Counted from the first letter of the stretch, positions 26,230 to 40,513 are shown. The stretch: DNA of 64,000 bases from Tubulanus polymorphus (GCF_964204645.1 NC_134031.1:11658088-11722087), one strand, 5' to 3'. Numbers and translations are program-made. Notes: generated by a model from the letters alone, not told the origin.

Positions 26230-27073
26230 TTAATACATAACACTATTTAATTGAGAATTTATAATATTTAATTGCGCGTCAGATATTATATAAATGTGCA
26301 TTTTAAAATTTTTGATTCCTTTATTCTTTGTCATGAATAATTGTATTCCATCTTTAGTGTTCTGTAGTTTTTTTCCAGGACCATGTAATGAATTATCCTC
26401 TGTTGTTCTAAAATCTAACCATAATGCATATTTATTTCCGGTATAATAATCAATTTGATTAATATTACAATTTTCAGATGATTTTACTTTTTCATTCATA
26501 AAATGTTTTCTAATTTCTGGCCATTGATCAATCATTCTCATTCCTTGACAAAATATTTTATTTTCTATTCCTTCGATAGTTATTTCTACTTTTGTTATTT
26601 CAGGATTATAATAATTATCAACATTTATTGCACCATTAGTATATGTTGCAATGGTAAAAAATATTAATATACCTTTAATAGATCTTCTTGGGAAGTTAAT
26701 ATTCTCATTAATAATTTCATCATTTGCATTAATAGTAACGGTTTTAAATTTATAAATAAATAAATAAATTATAATCATCTAATGAGAAAACTGTTTTTGG
26801 GCCAATCTTTATTGTTAATTTTTTAATCAAATATCTCCCAACATTATCAACAACATAATTATTATTATTACCGATTACTTTTATATCGGCTGATAAATAA
26901 ATATTATTTGGAACATAAAAAGTATTTTGTGTTAATCGAGGAATTCTAACATATAAAGTTTCATCAGGATTAATATTAGAAGGGTTATGAGTAATTATAT
27001 GATGTGATCTTTCTGCTTTAATAGCATTAGATATTCTATGATTCTCAGAAGGATTGATATAACTCCCACTCAT
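26230..27073 (-). pseudogene. Major capsid protein (double jelly-roll), internally deleted
   Basis: THNPSNINPDETLYVRIPRL...RRSIKGIL...YNPEITKV...ALWLDFRT...ISDAQLNI; lacks ~400 nt present in 62732-63986. Confidence 0.75.
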
Positions 27074-27077
27074 TTAT

Positions 27078-28449
27078 TTAACAAAAAAATAGAAAAACTG
27101 TAATTAAAAATAAAATAATATGTTCAGCAGCAAAGTTAATAAGGTTTCCTGCAGATTTCAATATAAAACCAACAATTGATGCAATAATTCCTGGTAAAGC
27201 TGCAGCAGATTTTTTAGATAGTTCCCATAAATATTTTGCTAATTTCGTTAAACCATCCTTAACTTTATCTTGTATAGAATTATTATTATCTGGGGGTTTA
27301 TCTGGTTTATTGGGAGTAGGTGTAGATTTTAATGAATTTGATAGTGCTAAACAAATTGTTGTAAATAACATAGTTACAGCTGTTAGAATTGAAAGAATTG
27401 TTATTCCTTCTAATTTAAATAATAATCTTATTCTATCTTTCAATGATATTTCAGAATTTGGTTTTATCAACAAATCTTTAAAAACATCTTTTAATCTTTT
27501 AAAATTATTACCATATTCTTTTAATAATATATCTCTTTCACCTTTCAGTACTTCTTAATTATCTTTTAAATTATTAATTTCTTTTTCTAAACGTAATTCT
27601 TTTTGCCTATATTCCATTTCACCAATTGCTTGATGGTCTAAATCATACTTTAGTTGTTCTATCTCTTTATTTTTATCAGTTTCTTTTTCTAAAGTACTAA
27701 TTTTAATATCTCTTATACTTTTATTGTGTGCAATTTTATCAGCTTCATTTCTTATACTAATAATTTCTCTGCTTCATCAAAAAAAAAATGTAAAAGTTTT
27801 TCAGTTTAAACTTCGGTTGATTTAACTTTACTAGTTTTGGAATTATCAGCTTCTTTAGGAATTTTTTTTTGTCTTAAATTTTCATTAATTATCTTCTAAA
27901 TTTAACATTTTCTTTATTAAAATCTTTTCTATTTAGTTTTATCTCTCGTTCTGTAACATCAATTATAACATCATTAATGATTTTCTTAATTCTAGATTGT
28001 TCTAATTTAATTAAAGTTGATTTTGTTATTATTTTATCGAGACTTTTATTAGAAGAAATCTTAAAATAATAGTCATCTTTCAAATGCCAATAATAATCAC
28101 CATTTGAATATTTTAAACCTTCTACTAAATAATCCATACCTTTATTTGTTATATTGAAACCAGATTTTTTTAACATTGGTTAAAATTCATGAGTAATTTC
28201 ATTATATTTTAATTCTTTTTTTGTTATTTCTGGATCTTCATTTTCAATATCTATTCTCGATTTAGCTCCTCTAATATATTCATCTGTTGACGGGGCTTTA
28301 GAACCAGGAACAACTTCTGGTAAATTAGTATTATATTCTGTTTTATTATCATTACTAAAACTTGTTTCATCAAAATCAGGTGGTTGTTCATCACTTATAC
28401 CAGGTTCATCTAAAGGATCCATTGTAAAATCTTCTCCACCTTCTGCCAT
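27078..28449 (-). pseudogene. Large coiled-coil protein with C-terminal transmembrane segments
   Basis: Fragments homologous to 61246-62688; hydrophobic GITILSIL and ALPGIIASIVGFIL stretches. Confidence 0.65.
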
Positions 28450-28465
28450 TTACATAATAAAAAAA

Positions 28466-29782
28466 TTAAAATTTAAAATATAATATTCCTCCGATTACAA
28501 TTCCTATACAAGTTATAGCTAATTTAGTATTTTCATGGGATTTATTATCATCATTTAGTTTAATTATTTCATGTTTAATATTATCAGTTTTTATATCTTC
28601 TGATGTATTGTTATCTTTTATTTTAGAATCATTATTTAATTTAATATTATTAGTTTTAGTTTCTGTTGATTGAATATGTTTTTTATTTTTTTCACCTTCC
28701 ATTAATTTTGGTTCAGTAATAATCTTTTTATTTTTTATCATTCAATCCAAATGAATTATTTGTTGTTGCAGTTCTAATTAGATTATTATAACCAATTATA
28801 TTTCCCATCTTTAATACTAAATCATTAGAAATAATTAATAGATTAGGGCCTATACAATAATTTAATCTAATATGTGATTTATCTAAATAATTTTGATATC
28901 TTACAATGTTTTCTGGAATCGATCTATTTTTATCATTATGAATTGAATCTTCAAATAATACTTTAAATTGTTTCTGCGCATCGAATGAAGTGTTATCATT
29001 TCCAATTATTGGGGATCTTGTTTCAACTTGCGCACCTAAAATACATATCAAATAAGTTCTAATAGATTGATTTATTCTTTGTATACCAGTTTTAGTAAAA
29101 CCTTCACTATTTTCTAAAATGAAATTAACCCAACCATTATTATTTTGTTGTTGTATATCATTATAATATTTCGGTAATTCATTCCAATTTAGTGTTCTTA
29201 TATCTGAATTTGTCATTATTTTTCAAAATTCTTTAGTATATAATATTCCTAATCCACCCATTGTTCCAATTTTGCTCTAAAATCTTTATTTGAATTAATA
29301 TTAAATTCATTACATATTTTATAAAATTTAGAAAAATTAATATTATTATTCAATTCTTTAAAACATTTTGAACCTGGTAAAGGACATTCTAATTCATCTT
29401 ATATTAATTTTATTTGAAAATAAGTATGAAATCTAAAAAGTGATAACATCAATGGTAAACTTGGTTTGTTTAAATGATCATTCCAACAACCTGTTGTTGC
29501 ACAATAAACAGCAAAATTTAATTGGTTCTGCCAATACTTCATATTAGATTTTAATAACCATTGTTTTGCCTCATTCAAATTTTTAAAATTAATTGTATAC
29601 ACATGAAATATATTTTCCATCTTTACATGAAAATTATTACTTTCAGTAACATAAATATATAAATCAATTAATGAATTTAAAACTTCATTTCTATATGAAA
29701 TATCTTTATTAAAATCTATTGCTGGAATATTATATTTAATTGATCTATTATATTGGAAAGCTTTTGGAAAACTATCTACCAT
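28466..29782 (-). pseudogene. Conserved Polinton hypothetical protein with C-terminal TM
   Basis: QLNFAVYCATTGC and INQSIRTYLICILGAQ motifs; homologue at 59840-61229. Confidence 0.65.
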
Positions 29783-29798
29783 TTATATAATAAAAAAA

Positions 29799-30224
29799 TT
29801 AATAATTTATTAATTCTTTTAATAATTTATTTTGTTCTTCAACTGTTATATGACCATTTAAACTAATTATATAATCTAGTGTATTTTTTAATTTATTAAT
29901 TTCTTTTATATTAGTTTTAATTTTTTCTTTATTACTTTTTATATTTAATTTTGAACTTATACTAGTTAAAACACTTGAACTTAAACCTAGCACACCAATT
30001 GATATAGCTAAAGGTGTTAATGGACTGAATATTGCTAAAAATGTAATTACAGAACTAATTGTAACCGAACCACTTATAATAAGATAATATATAATTTTAC
30101 TTTTTAAATATTTTTTCTTTTTTATCTTTAAGTCGCTTTCAAATTCTAATATTTGTTCTTCTAAATATGTTTTTAATTTAGTTTTATTTATATCATGAGG
30201 AATGATATCAATATTATCATCCAT
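29799..30224 (-). CDS. Small two-TM protein (141 aa)
   Basis: Intact ORF with two hydrophobic helices; homologue at 59389-59823. Confidence 0.7.
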   Translation of the reverse strand: MDDNIDIIPHDINKTKLKTYLEEQILEFESDLKIKKKKYLKSKIIYYLIISGSVTISSVITFLAIFSPLTPLAISIGVLGLSSSVLTSISSKLNIKSNKEKIKTNIKEINKLKNTLDYIISLNGHITVEEQNKLLKELINY

Positions 30225-30244
30225 TTATTTAGCAAAAAAAATTA

Positions 30245-30667
30245 CTAATTAGTAAATCTATATGCTACAAATATAACAATAACAGTTCCGCCTAAAATCC
30301 ATATTATTTCATATTTCTTCTGTTCATTACTTGGGGTACAATAATCTGATATTGTAGGTTTATGTAGATGTAATTTTTCTTTATTGGTTACCGCGTTATA
30401 TAAACTCATTGCATCATCAACTGATTGAAAATCTCTATGTGAAATCTTCTGATCATACAATTCCTTGTTAATATAATCCATATAGTTTTGTCTCTTTTCT
30501 CTATATTCTTCTGCTGCTTTATTGTATTTCTCTAATGCTAAGTTATGTCTTTTTTGTTCTGTTAATGATCCATTTTTATCAATATGTTTAAATAAATATC
30601 CACCACCAGTAAATGCTAAAGCGTTAACAATTGCCGATCCTATAATAGTTATAACTGCGGAAGCCAT
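30245..30667 (-). CDS. Small membrane-associated protein (140 aa)
   Basis: Hydrophobic N-terminus (IVNALAFTGG) and C-terminal TM; homologue at 58947-59369. Confidence 0.75.
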   Translation of the reverse strand: MASAVITIIGSAIVNALAFTGGGYLFKHIDKNGSLTEQKRHNLALEKYNKAAEEYREKRQNYMDYINKELYDQKISHRDFQSVDDAMSLYNAVTNKEKLHLHKPTISDYCTPSNEQKKYEIIWILGGTVIVIFVAYRFTN

Positions 30668-30691
30668 TTATTTAGTAAAATAATTATGTAT

Positions 30692-30913
30692 TTATATGGG
30701 AGGAATATATTTTTGTTTTTCTAAATAATCAATAGTTAAATTAGATAAAGTAACTGCTAATGTTAATTTTAAAATATCATTGATATCAAATCTATCAACA
30801 TTAACACTTCCCATTTTGAATACTTTTTTTAATACCATTGAATAACCAACAGTTCCAACTGATAGTAATGCTCCATTATATAATCCAGTTATTATCCACT
30901 TATTATCACTCAT
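30692..30913 (-). CDS. Small hydrophobic protein (73 aa)
   Basis: Nearly identical to 58701-58922. Confidence 0.75.
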   Translation of the reverse strand: MSDNKWIITGLYNGALLSVGTVGYSMVLKKVFKMGSVNVDRFDINDILKLTLAVTLSNLTIDYLEKQKYIPPI

Positions 30914-31270
30914 TTATTTATCAAAAAAATTACTATCTTCAAAATATTGAGTTATCTTATTTATGATTATTTCAACATTTATTTCATTACTAGTTTCATT
31001 TGTTTATATTTCAATTATTATTTTTTTAATATCATCTATGATAAAATCTTCATCTAATTCATAAAATCTTAAAGATTCTCTAATTAAATTAGTAATCTTT
31101 TCTACATTTAAAGTTTCTTTATCTATTGTTGTTTCATACTCAAATGTTGTTTCATTAGAAAATGCAATATTTTTAATATGTGTAATTACATCATTAATGT
31201 TAAATTTCATTTCTTTCTCACGTTTAAAATCAAACCCAAAACATATACTCGGTCCAACAGTTATATTCAT
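30914..31270 (-). pseudogene. Conserved hypothetical protein (MNITVGPS family), premature stop
   Basis: Homologous to 7851-8192. Confidence 0.6.
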
Positions 31271-31286
31271 TTATATAATGAAGAAA

Positions 31287-32041
31287 TTACTCTCTACATC
31301 TTATAACTAATTCATATATCACAGGAAAGTTATTGAAATCAATTAAATATCCATTGGGATTTCTTATTTCTAATTTAAAATTATCAAATTGAGGAATACA
31401 AGGTTTGAAATCACATTCAGCTAAATTATAATTTATTTGCGTTCCAAATTGTTTAACATTTTTTAATGGTAAAATATTTAATATACTAGAATTACAAATT
31501 GTATCTTTAGTTGCTTCGAATGTTTTTGTAGGATCGATTAAATTGCAATAAATATAAAAGTGCGTAAAAGTCATTAAATTTGAATTACCATCTACGTTTC
31601 CTGTAACAGTATCTGGTACAATTCCTAACAGTTTAGCTATAGGTTTTTTTACCATAAATGCATGTTGACTTTCATCATATACCTTTATTTTAATTTTATT
31701 TGTGCTATCACTTTTTATATATCTAATTAAAAATTTATCATCTCTTCTAATTTTCAACCGTACTCTTCGATTTCTTGAGCTAATGTATCTAAATTATATA
31801 ATCACGGTTTTAAAATTAGATGAAACCATTTATTTACATTTCAAATATGAATTAAAAAAGTATTATCTTCAATAGTTTTATTCGATATATTGTAAAAAGA
31901 ATTACATAAACTTATATTTACTAATTTTAAATCTACACAATTCATAAATTCTCTATCTAATTGTACTAGTTAATTATGTGATTTATAATTTGTAAGTCTT
32001 CTAGAATCAACAAATATTCTGTATTCTTTTAATTCTACCAT
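31287..32041 (-). pseudogene. Minor capsid (penton) protein, frameshifted
   Basis: MVELKEY...FYIYCNLID...LIDFNNFPVIYELVI. Confidence 0.7.
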
Positions 32042-32058
32042 TTATTTTACATATTTTC

Positions 32059-32412
32059 TTATTCGAAATCTATTTCATGGTGCCCTTTTTCATTCTTACC
32101 TTTGTATACGAAATAGAAATCTCCAGAACATAATTCTTCTAAGTCTTCACTTGATAATCTATGAAATCTATCCGGTAAATATGTTCTGAATTTATATGTA
32201 TTTCCTTTTAATCCTTCATATTCTAAGTGTATAACTAATTTATCTCCATAGTTATTAGTAACTGTATCAATATTTGTAATTAGATATTTCTTATGGATTA
32301 TTAATTCTTTTAACTTCTTAAATTTATAATCTACTGATTTGACATTTGAAGTATCTTTTATTCTATCTAGAAATGATTTGTTGTTCTCACTGTGCGCTTG
32401 TTTACTCTCCAT
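32059..32412 (-). CDS. Putative ssDNA-binding protein (117 aa)
   Basis: Nearly identical to 8968-9321. Confidence 0.5.
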   Translation of the reverse strand: MESKQAHSENNKSFLDRIKDTSNVKSVDYKFKKLKELIIHKKYLITNIDTVTNNYGDKLVIHLEYEGLKGNTYKFRTYLPDRFHRLSSEDLEELCSGDFYFVYKGKNEKGHHEIDFE

Positions 32413-35400
32413 TTATAATACATATTTTTATTAAAATTTGATTAACACGTTAGAATTCATTTCATAATCTCATTCTCTTTTGTTTCTCTTTTAAATTTTA
32501 AGTAGTCATCTAAATTGCTACCATAAGCAACTGTATGAATTTCATCATCTAAAATATATCTTTTATCATCAAATGGGTTTAGACTTATCTTTTCAATTTC
32601 TTCAATAAACATTTCATGATCTTCAGATCTTAAACATTTCATCTTATGTTTTCTAACTTCTTCATTGAATAAACAATTGATGTAATCTTTGAAATGAATA
32701 TTCTTTTCTACTACACTTTTGGTTATTCCTTTTAACTTTTTAGCTTCATGTTCTTTAGTTTTATATGAATACATTTTAGATCTAATACCAATGAATTCAA
32801 TCATTTCTTCACCACCTAATTCATCTTTGAATTTACCGGGAACTTTTTTATTATCATTGCTAAACAATCCATGATCTTTAGGATAGTTACTAAAATCAAA
32901 ATGATGTTTTAATGTTTTTAAATCATCAGTTATGTTATCAGTTTTTATCTTTAATATGTAACTGTCAGTATCAAAATATAAGATTTCTATATGTTTTTCT
33001 CCAAAAATTGGTTGTAATACATTATAATAGAATTCATACATTAGTAATTTTGATAATTCTAAAACTGAAGCGCCAACATAGATTGGTTTATTAAATTTCA
33101 TTGATGTTCTTCTCATTTTAACTGCGGCTAAATTTTCATCAAATATTCTGTTACCCATGAACTTAGGATATGTTTGTAAATGTCTAATTCTTTTACCATT
33201 ACTGACTAACTCAATATCATTTCTATTTCTAATATTTTAACAAGTCTTACCATAGAATGCATTATTCATTAACTTGAAGAAATCTTTTTCGAAATCAGTT
33301 TTAGCTTCAGTTCTCTGTTTGGTGTTAAAATCTATATATTTTTCTAACCATTTAGATTGACTAAATGAAATATATCTATGTACTTTTTTTAGAACCATTC
33401 CTTGTTTTAGATAAAACTTTAACATTCTATAATGTACTACATAATTATATTTATCTTCTTGAGTTACCATTAACTTTTCTGTATTAATATGATTTTCGGG
33501 TTTAATTCTTTTTTGATAATTTGATAATTCTTCATGAGTTACAGTTTTATGTTCGGGACAGTATGCTAGATTTCTAGATTTAAATTTAATATGTTCCGGA
33601 TATTCCAAGTCTACAACAAAGAAGTAACCAGTATTTGAATCATCTGAAACATCTAGAATTCTTTTCTTCCAATCAAATTTATCATTATTTTCATGTTGTA
33701 AAACTTCACTTATTTCAAATACTCCATAAGGTTGTGGTTCCATCATTGCCCAACCATATAGATTATTTGCATCTATATATAATAACTTATATCCAGGGTT
33801 ATCATTTACATTGAAATATCTATCACCTAATACACCTGAAACTCATCCTCTTATAGACTTTTCAAACAATAGTAATTGATCTATATTTGTTAACGAATCC
33901 ATTTTTATATCTGTAAATTTTAATCCACAATCCCATGTTAAACCTGGTGATGAATAACAATGACAAGGATCAATGTTAAAATATTTTAGGTTTACATCTC
34001 TAAACCTTTCGAATATATCGGTTAATAATAATACATCTGATTTTAGATATAAATCTACTAATTGCCCATGATTTTTCATTCTAAAATGATTCCAAATATT
34101 CAATGTTCTATTATAGACTTCATCTTTAACGTATTCATTTTTTAATTCATCATAGAATTGTTCTTTCAATAATTCAGTTATGTTAAAATCATTATGATTT
34201 TTATAGAAAGAATATGGAATTGCGCCTTTATATCTCATTAATTTAAAATCATCATTATTTTGGTAGTGTTGCTTTAATATTTTTAATTCATCATCAACTA
34301 ATGATTTTGATAAGTTATCTAATGAACTATTTAAAAATCTATATGAATCTATAAATCTTAGGCAACCAAATTGGAATGATATATAATTCTCAGATGTTTT
34401 AGCTAACATTTTAGATTTATAAGTTGGTATTTTATCTTTTGATCTATTTGAATTTAATCTTTCTATTTCATTATTAATTTCTTCTATTTTATGACATAAC
34501 TGTTTAATGAATAAATGTGCATCATATCCTGCTAGATTATGAAATATAACTGGTACAAAGTTAATTTTCTTAGCTTGTAAGTTACAATTCTCATGTGCAG
34601 CGCCTCTAAACTTTCCATTCAAATGATCATGGTCTCTTACTTTTTTATCTTTATAATTAAATAGTTTTTCACAATAATAACATTTATCTGCAAATACTAA
34701 CGCTTCTTTATCTTCTGTCATAATTATTTCTTTATTTTCATTTAACTTTTCATTAAATTTTATTTTTTGGTGGTTCATCTGAAAAATCATTTTCATTAGA
34801 ATTTAATTTCTTTCTTTTATAATATATTTCTTTTCTATCTTGATCAGTTAATTCTTTATTTAATGATTCAAAATCTCCATATATTACAAATGGTACTTTA
34901 TTTTTGTAATCATATTTTTTGAATTCTAATATTTTATCCTTTTCATTTGGTAAAACTAATTTACAATAATCATGATTTTCACATAATTGTTTATGATTTA
35001 ATAATGTACTTTCATTACTGAATTTATGTAAACATTTTCTACATAGATATATTTTATTATGGTGATCACTTTCTGTTCTAAAGAATAAATCTATTTGTTT
35101 AATCCACACATAATTATTCTCATAATATAATATATCTATAACATCATCTGAATCATAATCTTTTGATAGATATAAAGGTTCTAATGTATAATGTTTTATA
35201 TTGTTACCTTTTGTATTTGGTAATTTGATTAAATCAAATACATTTATCTTTATATTATTATCTCTTTCTATTTTTGGGATGTTTTTAATTATAACAGGAT
35301 ACTTATCCATCTTATAATTGTTTTCAAATGGTTTATAATGAGTTAATCTACAAATATTATAAGTTGCAGGATGTAAACAACTTATTATAGCCCATAGAAA

Positions 35401-35967
35401 ACATTTATCATCTTCATTTTGTACATTTATTACAGCATTAGTTTTAAAGTTTGGTAGTTTAATATAACTCGATGCTTCAATATCTGGTTCTTTATAATAT
35501 GATACATTATTTTCATCGATTGGTTTTGATTTCGTTAACTTATTATATTTTGTATTATAAACATGTAAAGTCATAAATATTATTTCATCAAATATTAAAC
35601 CAGATCCTTCAAAATATTTCTCTTCTATTTTAGTTTTTACTTCATTATAACATTTATTTAATTTATCATCTATATGCTGTTTAGACATAATATTTTGTGG
35701 ATTTATCATCTATATGTTGTTTATATATAATATGTTGTGAATGAGAATTTATATTAATGAATGAATGAATATATTTTTCTCAAATGTATAATACATAGTA
35801 TAATAGTATAATAATTGTTGTACATGATTATTGAATATATACATTCAAGCAGGACAGCCCCAAGCCCTAAGGGCTGTACCTAATTGGGGGGATGCCCTGG
35901 TATGATTTGATACCATGATACAATTAATGAGAATACAATAATAATTAATGACAACATAATTGACATC

Positions 35968-35995
35968 AAAAATAATAATAATAATAATAATAATG

Positions 35996-36031
<36 letters not shown>

Positions 36032-36187
36032 GTAATGGTAATGGTAATGGTAATGGTAATGGTAATGGTTATGGTAATGGTAATGGTAATGGTAATGGTT
36101 ATGGTAATGGTAATGGTAATGGTTATGGTAATGGTTATGGTAATGGTAATGGTAATGATAATAATAATAGTAATAATAATAATGATG

Positions 36188-36219
<32 letters not shown>

Positions 36220-36225
36220 GATAAT

Positions 36226-36268
<43 letters not shown>

Positions 36269-36345
36269 TATATCCATATACATACATATACACATGCATA
36301 CACACATATACACATATATACATACACATATACACATACATATGC
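35968..36345. repeat. Compound microsatellite (AAT)n/(ATGGTA)n/(CATA)n in the LINE 3' UTR
   Basis: Directly visible. Confidence 0.95.
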
Positions 36346-37464
36346 ATAAGATATATAAATATTTTCGAAAATAAATGAAGGTCGGCAACACAAAAAAGGT
36401 TTAATTTTAGAATGAATTAATAGTTCAAGAGTGTGGTTTTTTTGAATCGTGAGATAAAAGAATTTATGGTAGCAGCTTTGCGAAGATGATCATCAGTGTT
36501 CTGCCAAAGAATTGGAGTTCTACTTAAAAAAGAATCATGAAAGAGTTTCGTGGTATGAAATTGGACTCTGGCATTATTCCTGTTTCTAGTGTTATAATTG
36601 TGGAATTTTGAATTTAAATCTAGTAAATTGTAGATAGACAAAGGGAGCTTTTTATGAGAATGATTATATCCAAATTTAAGAATTTCTAATTTGACAAGAT
36701 CGGCAAATTTTAAAATTTTGTATTTTTTGAAAATAGGGGATGTTGGTGCATTGAAGGCAGCATTATCTATGAGTCGTACAGCTTGAGATCAGCATCAATA
36801 TTTAATCCTAGAAATTTACAGTCAGTAGATAATTCTATATTTAAATTTTCTAATTCTATTTTTAAGTTGTCTGACCTCAATAGATGCCTTTTTGGTTTGA
36901 ATAGTAAGTATTTAGTTTTTTCAATGTTCAGGGTAAGTTGATTGGCATGGAACCAGGAGGTTAATAATTTTAAATCATTTTTAGCATTTTGAAACAGTTC
37001 AGAAAGATTCTTTTCAGTACATAGACGGTTTGTATCATCGGCAAATGAGATGGCTTTAGAATGTTTGAGATTATTATTTAGATCGTTAACGTAAACAAGA
37101 AAGAGAAGCGGACCTAAGACTGAGCCTTGTGGTACTCCATGCATAAGCGTGTTGAAAGTCGAGTCAGCATTATTGTAGTGAACATAAATTTTTCTATCTT
37201 TGAGATAACTATGAAACCAGTTGAATGCGTGTCCCCTAATTCCATAGTGATATAATTTATAGAGTAGTTTGTCAATATTTAACAATAATAATAATAATAA
37301 TAATAATATATATATATATATCCATATACATTCATATACACATGCATACACACATATACACATATATACATACACATATACACATACATATGCATAAGAT
37401 ATATAAATATTTTCGAAAATAAATGAAGGTAGGCAACACAAAAAAGGTTTAATTTTAGAATGAA

Positions 37465-40400
37465 TTAATAGTTCAAGAGTGTAGTTTTTTTGAATCGTGA
37501 GATAAAAGAATTTATGGTAGCAGCTTTGCGAAGATGATCATCAGTGTTCTGCCAAAGAATTGGAGTTCTACTTAAAAAAGAATCATGAAAGAGTTTCGTG
37601 GTATGAAATTGGACTCTGGCATTATTCCTGTTTCTAGTGTTATAATTGTGGAATTTTGAATTTAAATCTAGTAAATTGTAGATAGACAAAGGGAGCTTTT
37701 TATGAGAATGATTATATCCAAATTTAAGAATTTCTAATTTGACAAGATCGGCAAATTTTAAAATTTTGTATTTTTTGAAAATAGGGGATGTTGGTGCATT
37801 GAAGGCAGCATTATCTATGAGTCGTACAGCTTTTTTTCTGGATTTTGAAAATAATATTAGTTTGCTCAGAGGAAAGCAGTGGACCCCAGACAACCAGTGC
37901 ATAAATAAGATGACAGTGAATATATGAATTGTAAATAGTTTTTTTCAAAAAACCTGGGAACATATTCTTTACAGTCCTTAGCAGGTACAAATTTTTATTC
38001 ATTTTATCGATAAGCTGTTTAATATGCAAATTCCAATTGAGATCAGCATCAATATTTAATCCTAGAAATTTACAGTCAGTAGATAATTCTATATTTAAAT
38101 TTTCTAATTCTATTTTTAAGTTGTCTGATCTCAATAGATGCCTTTTTGGTTTGAATAGTAAGTATTTAGTTTTTTCAATGTTCAGGGTAAGTTGATTGGC
38201 ATGGAACCAGGAGGTTAATAATTTTAAATCATTTTTAGCATTTTGAAACAGTTCAGAAAGATTCTTTTCAGTACATAGAAGGTTTGTATCATCGGCAAAT
38301 GAGATGGCTTTAGAATGTTTGAGATTATTATTTAGATCGTTAACGTAAACAAGAAAGAGAAGCGGACCTAAGACTGAGCCTTGTGGTACTCCATGCGTAA
38401 GCGTGTTGAAAGTCGAGTCAGCATTATTGTAGTGAACATAAATTTTTCTATCTTTGAGATAACTATGAAACCAGTTGAATGCGTGTCCCCTAATTCCATA
38501 GTGATATAATTTATAGAGTAGTTTGTCAATATTTAACGAGTCAAATGCTTTTGATAGGTCAAGACATATACCCAAAGAAAAATTTCTTTTTTCTAAATTA
38601 GCGATAATGTTACCAATAAAATCAGCTATGGCATGAGTTGTAGAATGGTTTGGTCTGAAGCCATATTGCGTAGTATTTAGAATTTCAAATTTAAACAAGA
38701 AATTATATAGTCGCTTATGAACAAGTTTTTCCAAGATCTTGGATAAGACTGGTAGTAGGGAAATTGGACGGTAATTGTTTAGAGTCTGTTTGCTTCCAGT
38801 TTTATGAAGAGGAATAACCTTTGCTATTTTCATTTTATCTGGGAATTTGCCTTCTTGAAGAGATTTATTACAAAGAATAGTCATAGGATTAATAATTGAG
38901 GGAGCAATAAATTTCAATAGTTTATTGCTTAAAATATCTGGACCCGTACTTTGTTTAGGCGAAAGCTGGTTGATCATTTTTTTATTATTTCCTCACTATT
39001 TGTAGGTTGCAGGAACATAACACTGTCATTTTTATTAGGAAGAAATGCTATGAAATTAGTGGTAGTGTTAGGTATTTTTTCTGAATACTTTCTGCCAACC
39101 GAAGAAAAGAAATCATTAAATGCAAGACTAATTTCGGAATTATCAGTAACTGTTCTTCCATCAATCTTAAAATTTGTCGTAATTGATGTTTTATCATTAG
39201 TCTTGCCAATTAGTTCTTTAATAAATTGCCACATTTTACGACAGTTTTTTCCAAAGGAATTAATTTTGTAATTATGAACGTTGGTCTGATTTATCTAACC
39301 CAATAACTTTTTTGTATAGATTATCACATTTCTTTGAGGATCTCAGAATAGAGTTAGTCATCCACGGCTCAATTAATTTGTTTTTCTTTTTTCTTTTTTT
39401 AATTTCTGGAGCTATACTATTAATAGTATTAGTAATATTTGTCATAATAAAGTCATACGATTCACTACAATTCATATTATCCAAATTTGACCAGTTAACA
39501 TTTAAAAGGGTGTTATTTATTGATTGTATATTTTTAGCATTAAGGTTACGGGAGAAGAATTCATTTGTTGTTGGTCTAACATTATATACAATAGAAACGA
39601 AACAAGGCAAGTGATCCGAAATATCAGTTAGTAGTATTGCACCAGTGTGATTACTATTTAGTTCGGGAGAGAGGTATATGTTATCAATTAGAGTAGCAGT
39701 GGACTTTGTGATTCTTGTAGGTCGCAGTATTGTAGGGCATAGACTATTGTTTAGGTTGATTTCTAAGAATTTTGATGTATTCTTATGACTATTGATCTTA
39801 ATGTAGTCTAAATTCTGATCCATACCAAGAACTATCTCTGATTTTTCGTTATTAATTTTTGTAATTAAAGTTCTGTATATTTCAAGAAACATTAGTTCGC
39901 TATTGCCAGGTACTCTATATAATTCACCAATAATAATTTTCTTTTTAGATTGAGTTTTAGGATAAATTTCTATGAAACAAGATTCAAATTTACCTTCTTC
40001 AAAAATGTCCAAATCAGTTCTCGGGTTGTACGATATATTATCATTAACGTAGATGGCGACTCCTCCTTGAGATAAATTCAGTCTATGATTTTCAATTAAA
40101 TGATAGTTAGATAATTTACAAAGAGGTCCATTTTTATCTGTTAGAAAGGTTTCACATATCATTATGACATCTATAATAATATTTTGATTTTTAAAGATTT
40201 CTATCATAATTTTGAGTTTATCAATTTTTGAATAGAGATTACGTACATTCAGTTGTAAGATATTAAGGTTGTTGGTAGTATTGAAATTATATACATCTTT
40301 CAGGTCACTGGGTTTAATATATGGACATTGATTACTATCTAGAATAAGATCATCATCAATGATTGAATTTAAATAATAATTTTTATCATTAGCTTTTTGT

Positions 40401-40513
40401 TTGAATAATTTAAAAAAATAATTTAGAACAAATACGTAAAACCAAAAAGAAGAAAATTTGATAAGGAAAAAAAAGAAAAAAAAAGAGTTTGTAATAAACA
40501 AAAAAATGCACAA
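37465..40513 (-). pseudogene. LINE ORF2 (APE endonuclease-reverse transcriptase), disrupted by stops and frameshifts
   Basis: LQLNVRNL, ICETFL, ATLIDNIY, SDHLP; NYRPISLL, QYGFR, DLSKAFD, GVPQGSVLGP, FADDT. Confidence 0.93.

Noticed and set aside
35845-36393. Poly-Ile, Met-Val and poly-Leu ORFs
   Set aside because: Translations of microsatellites in the LINE 3' UTR.
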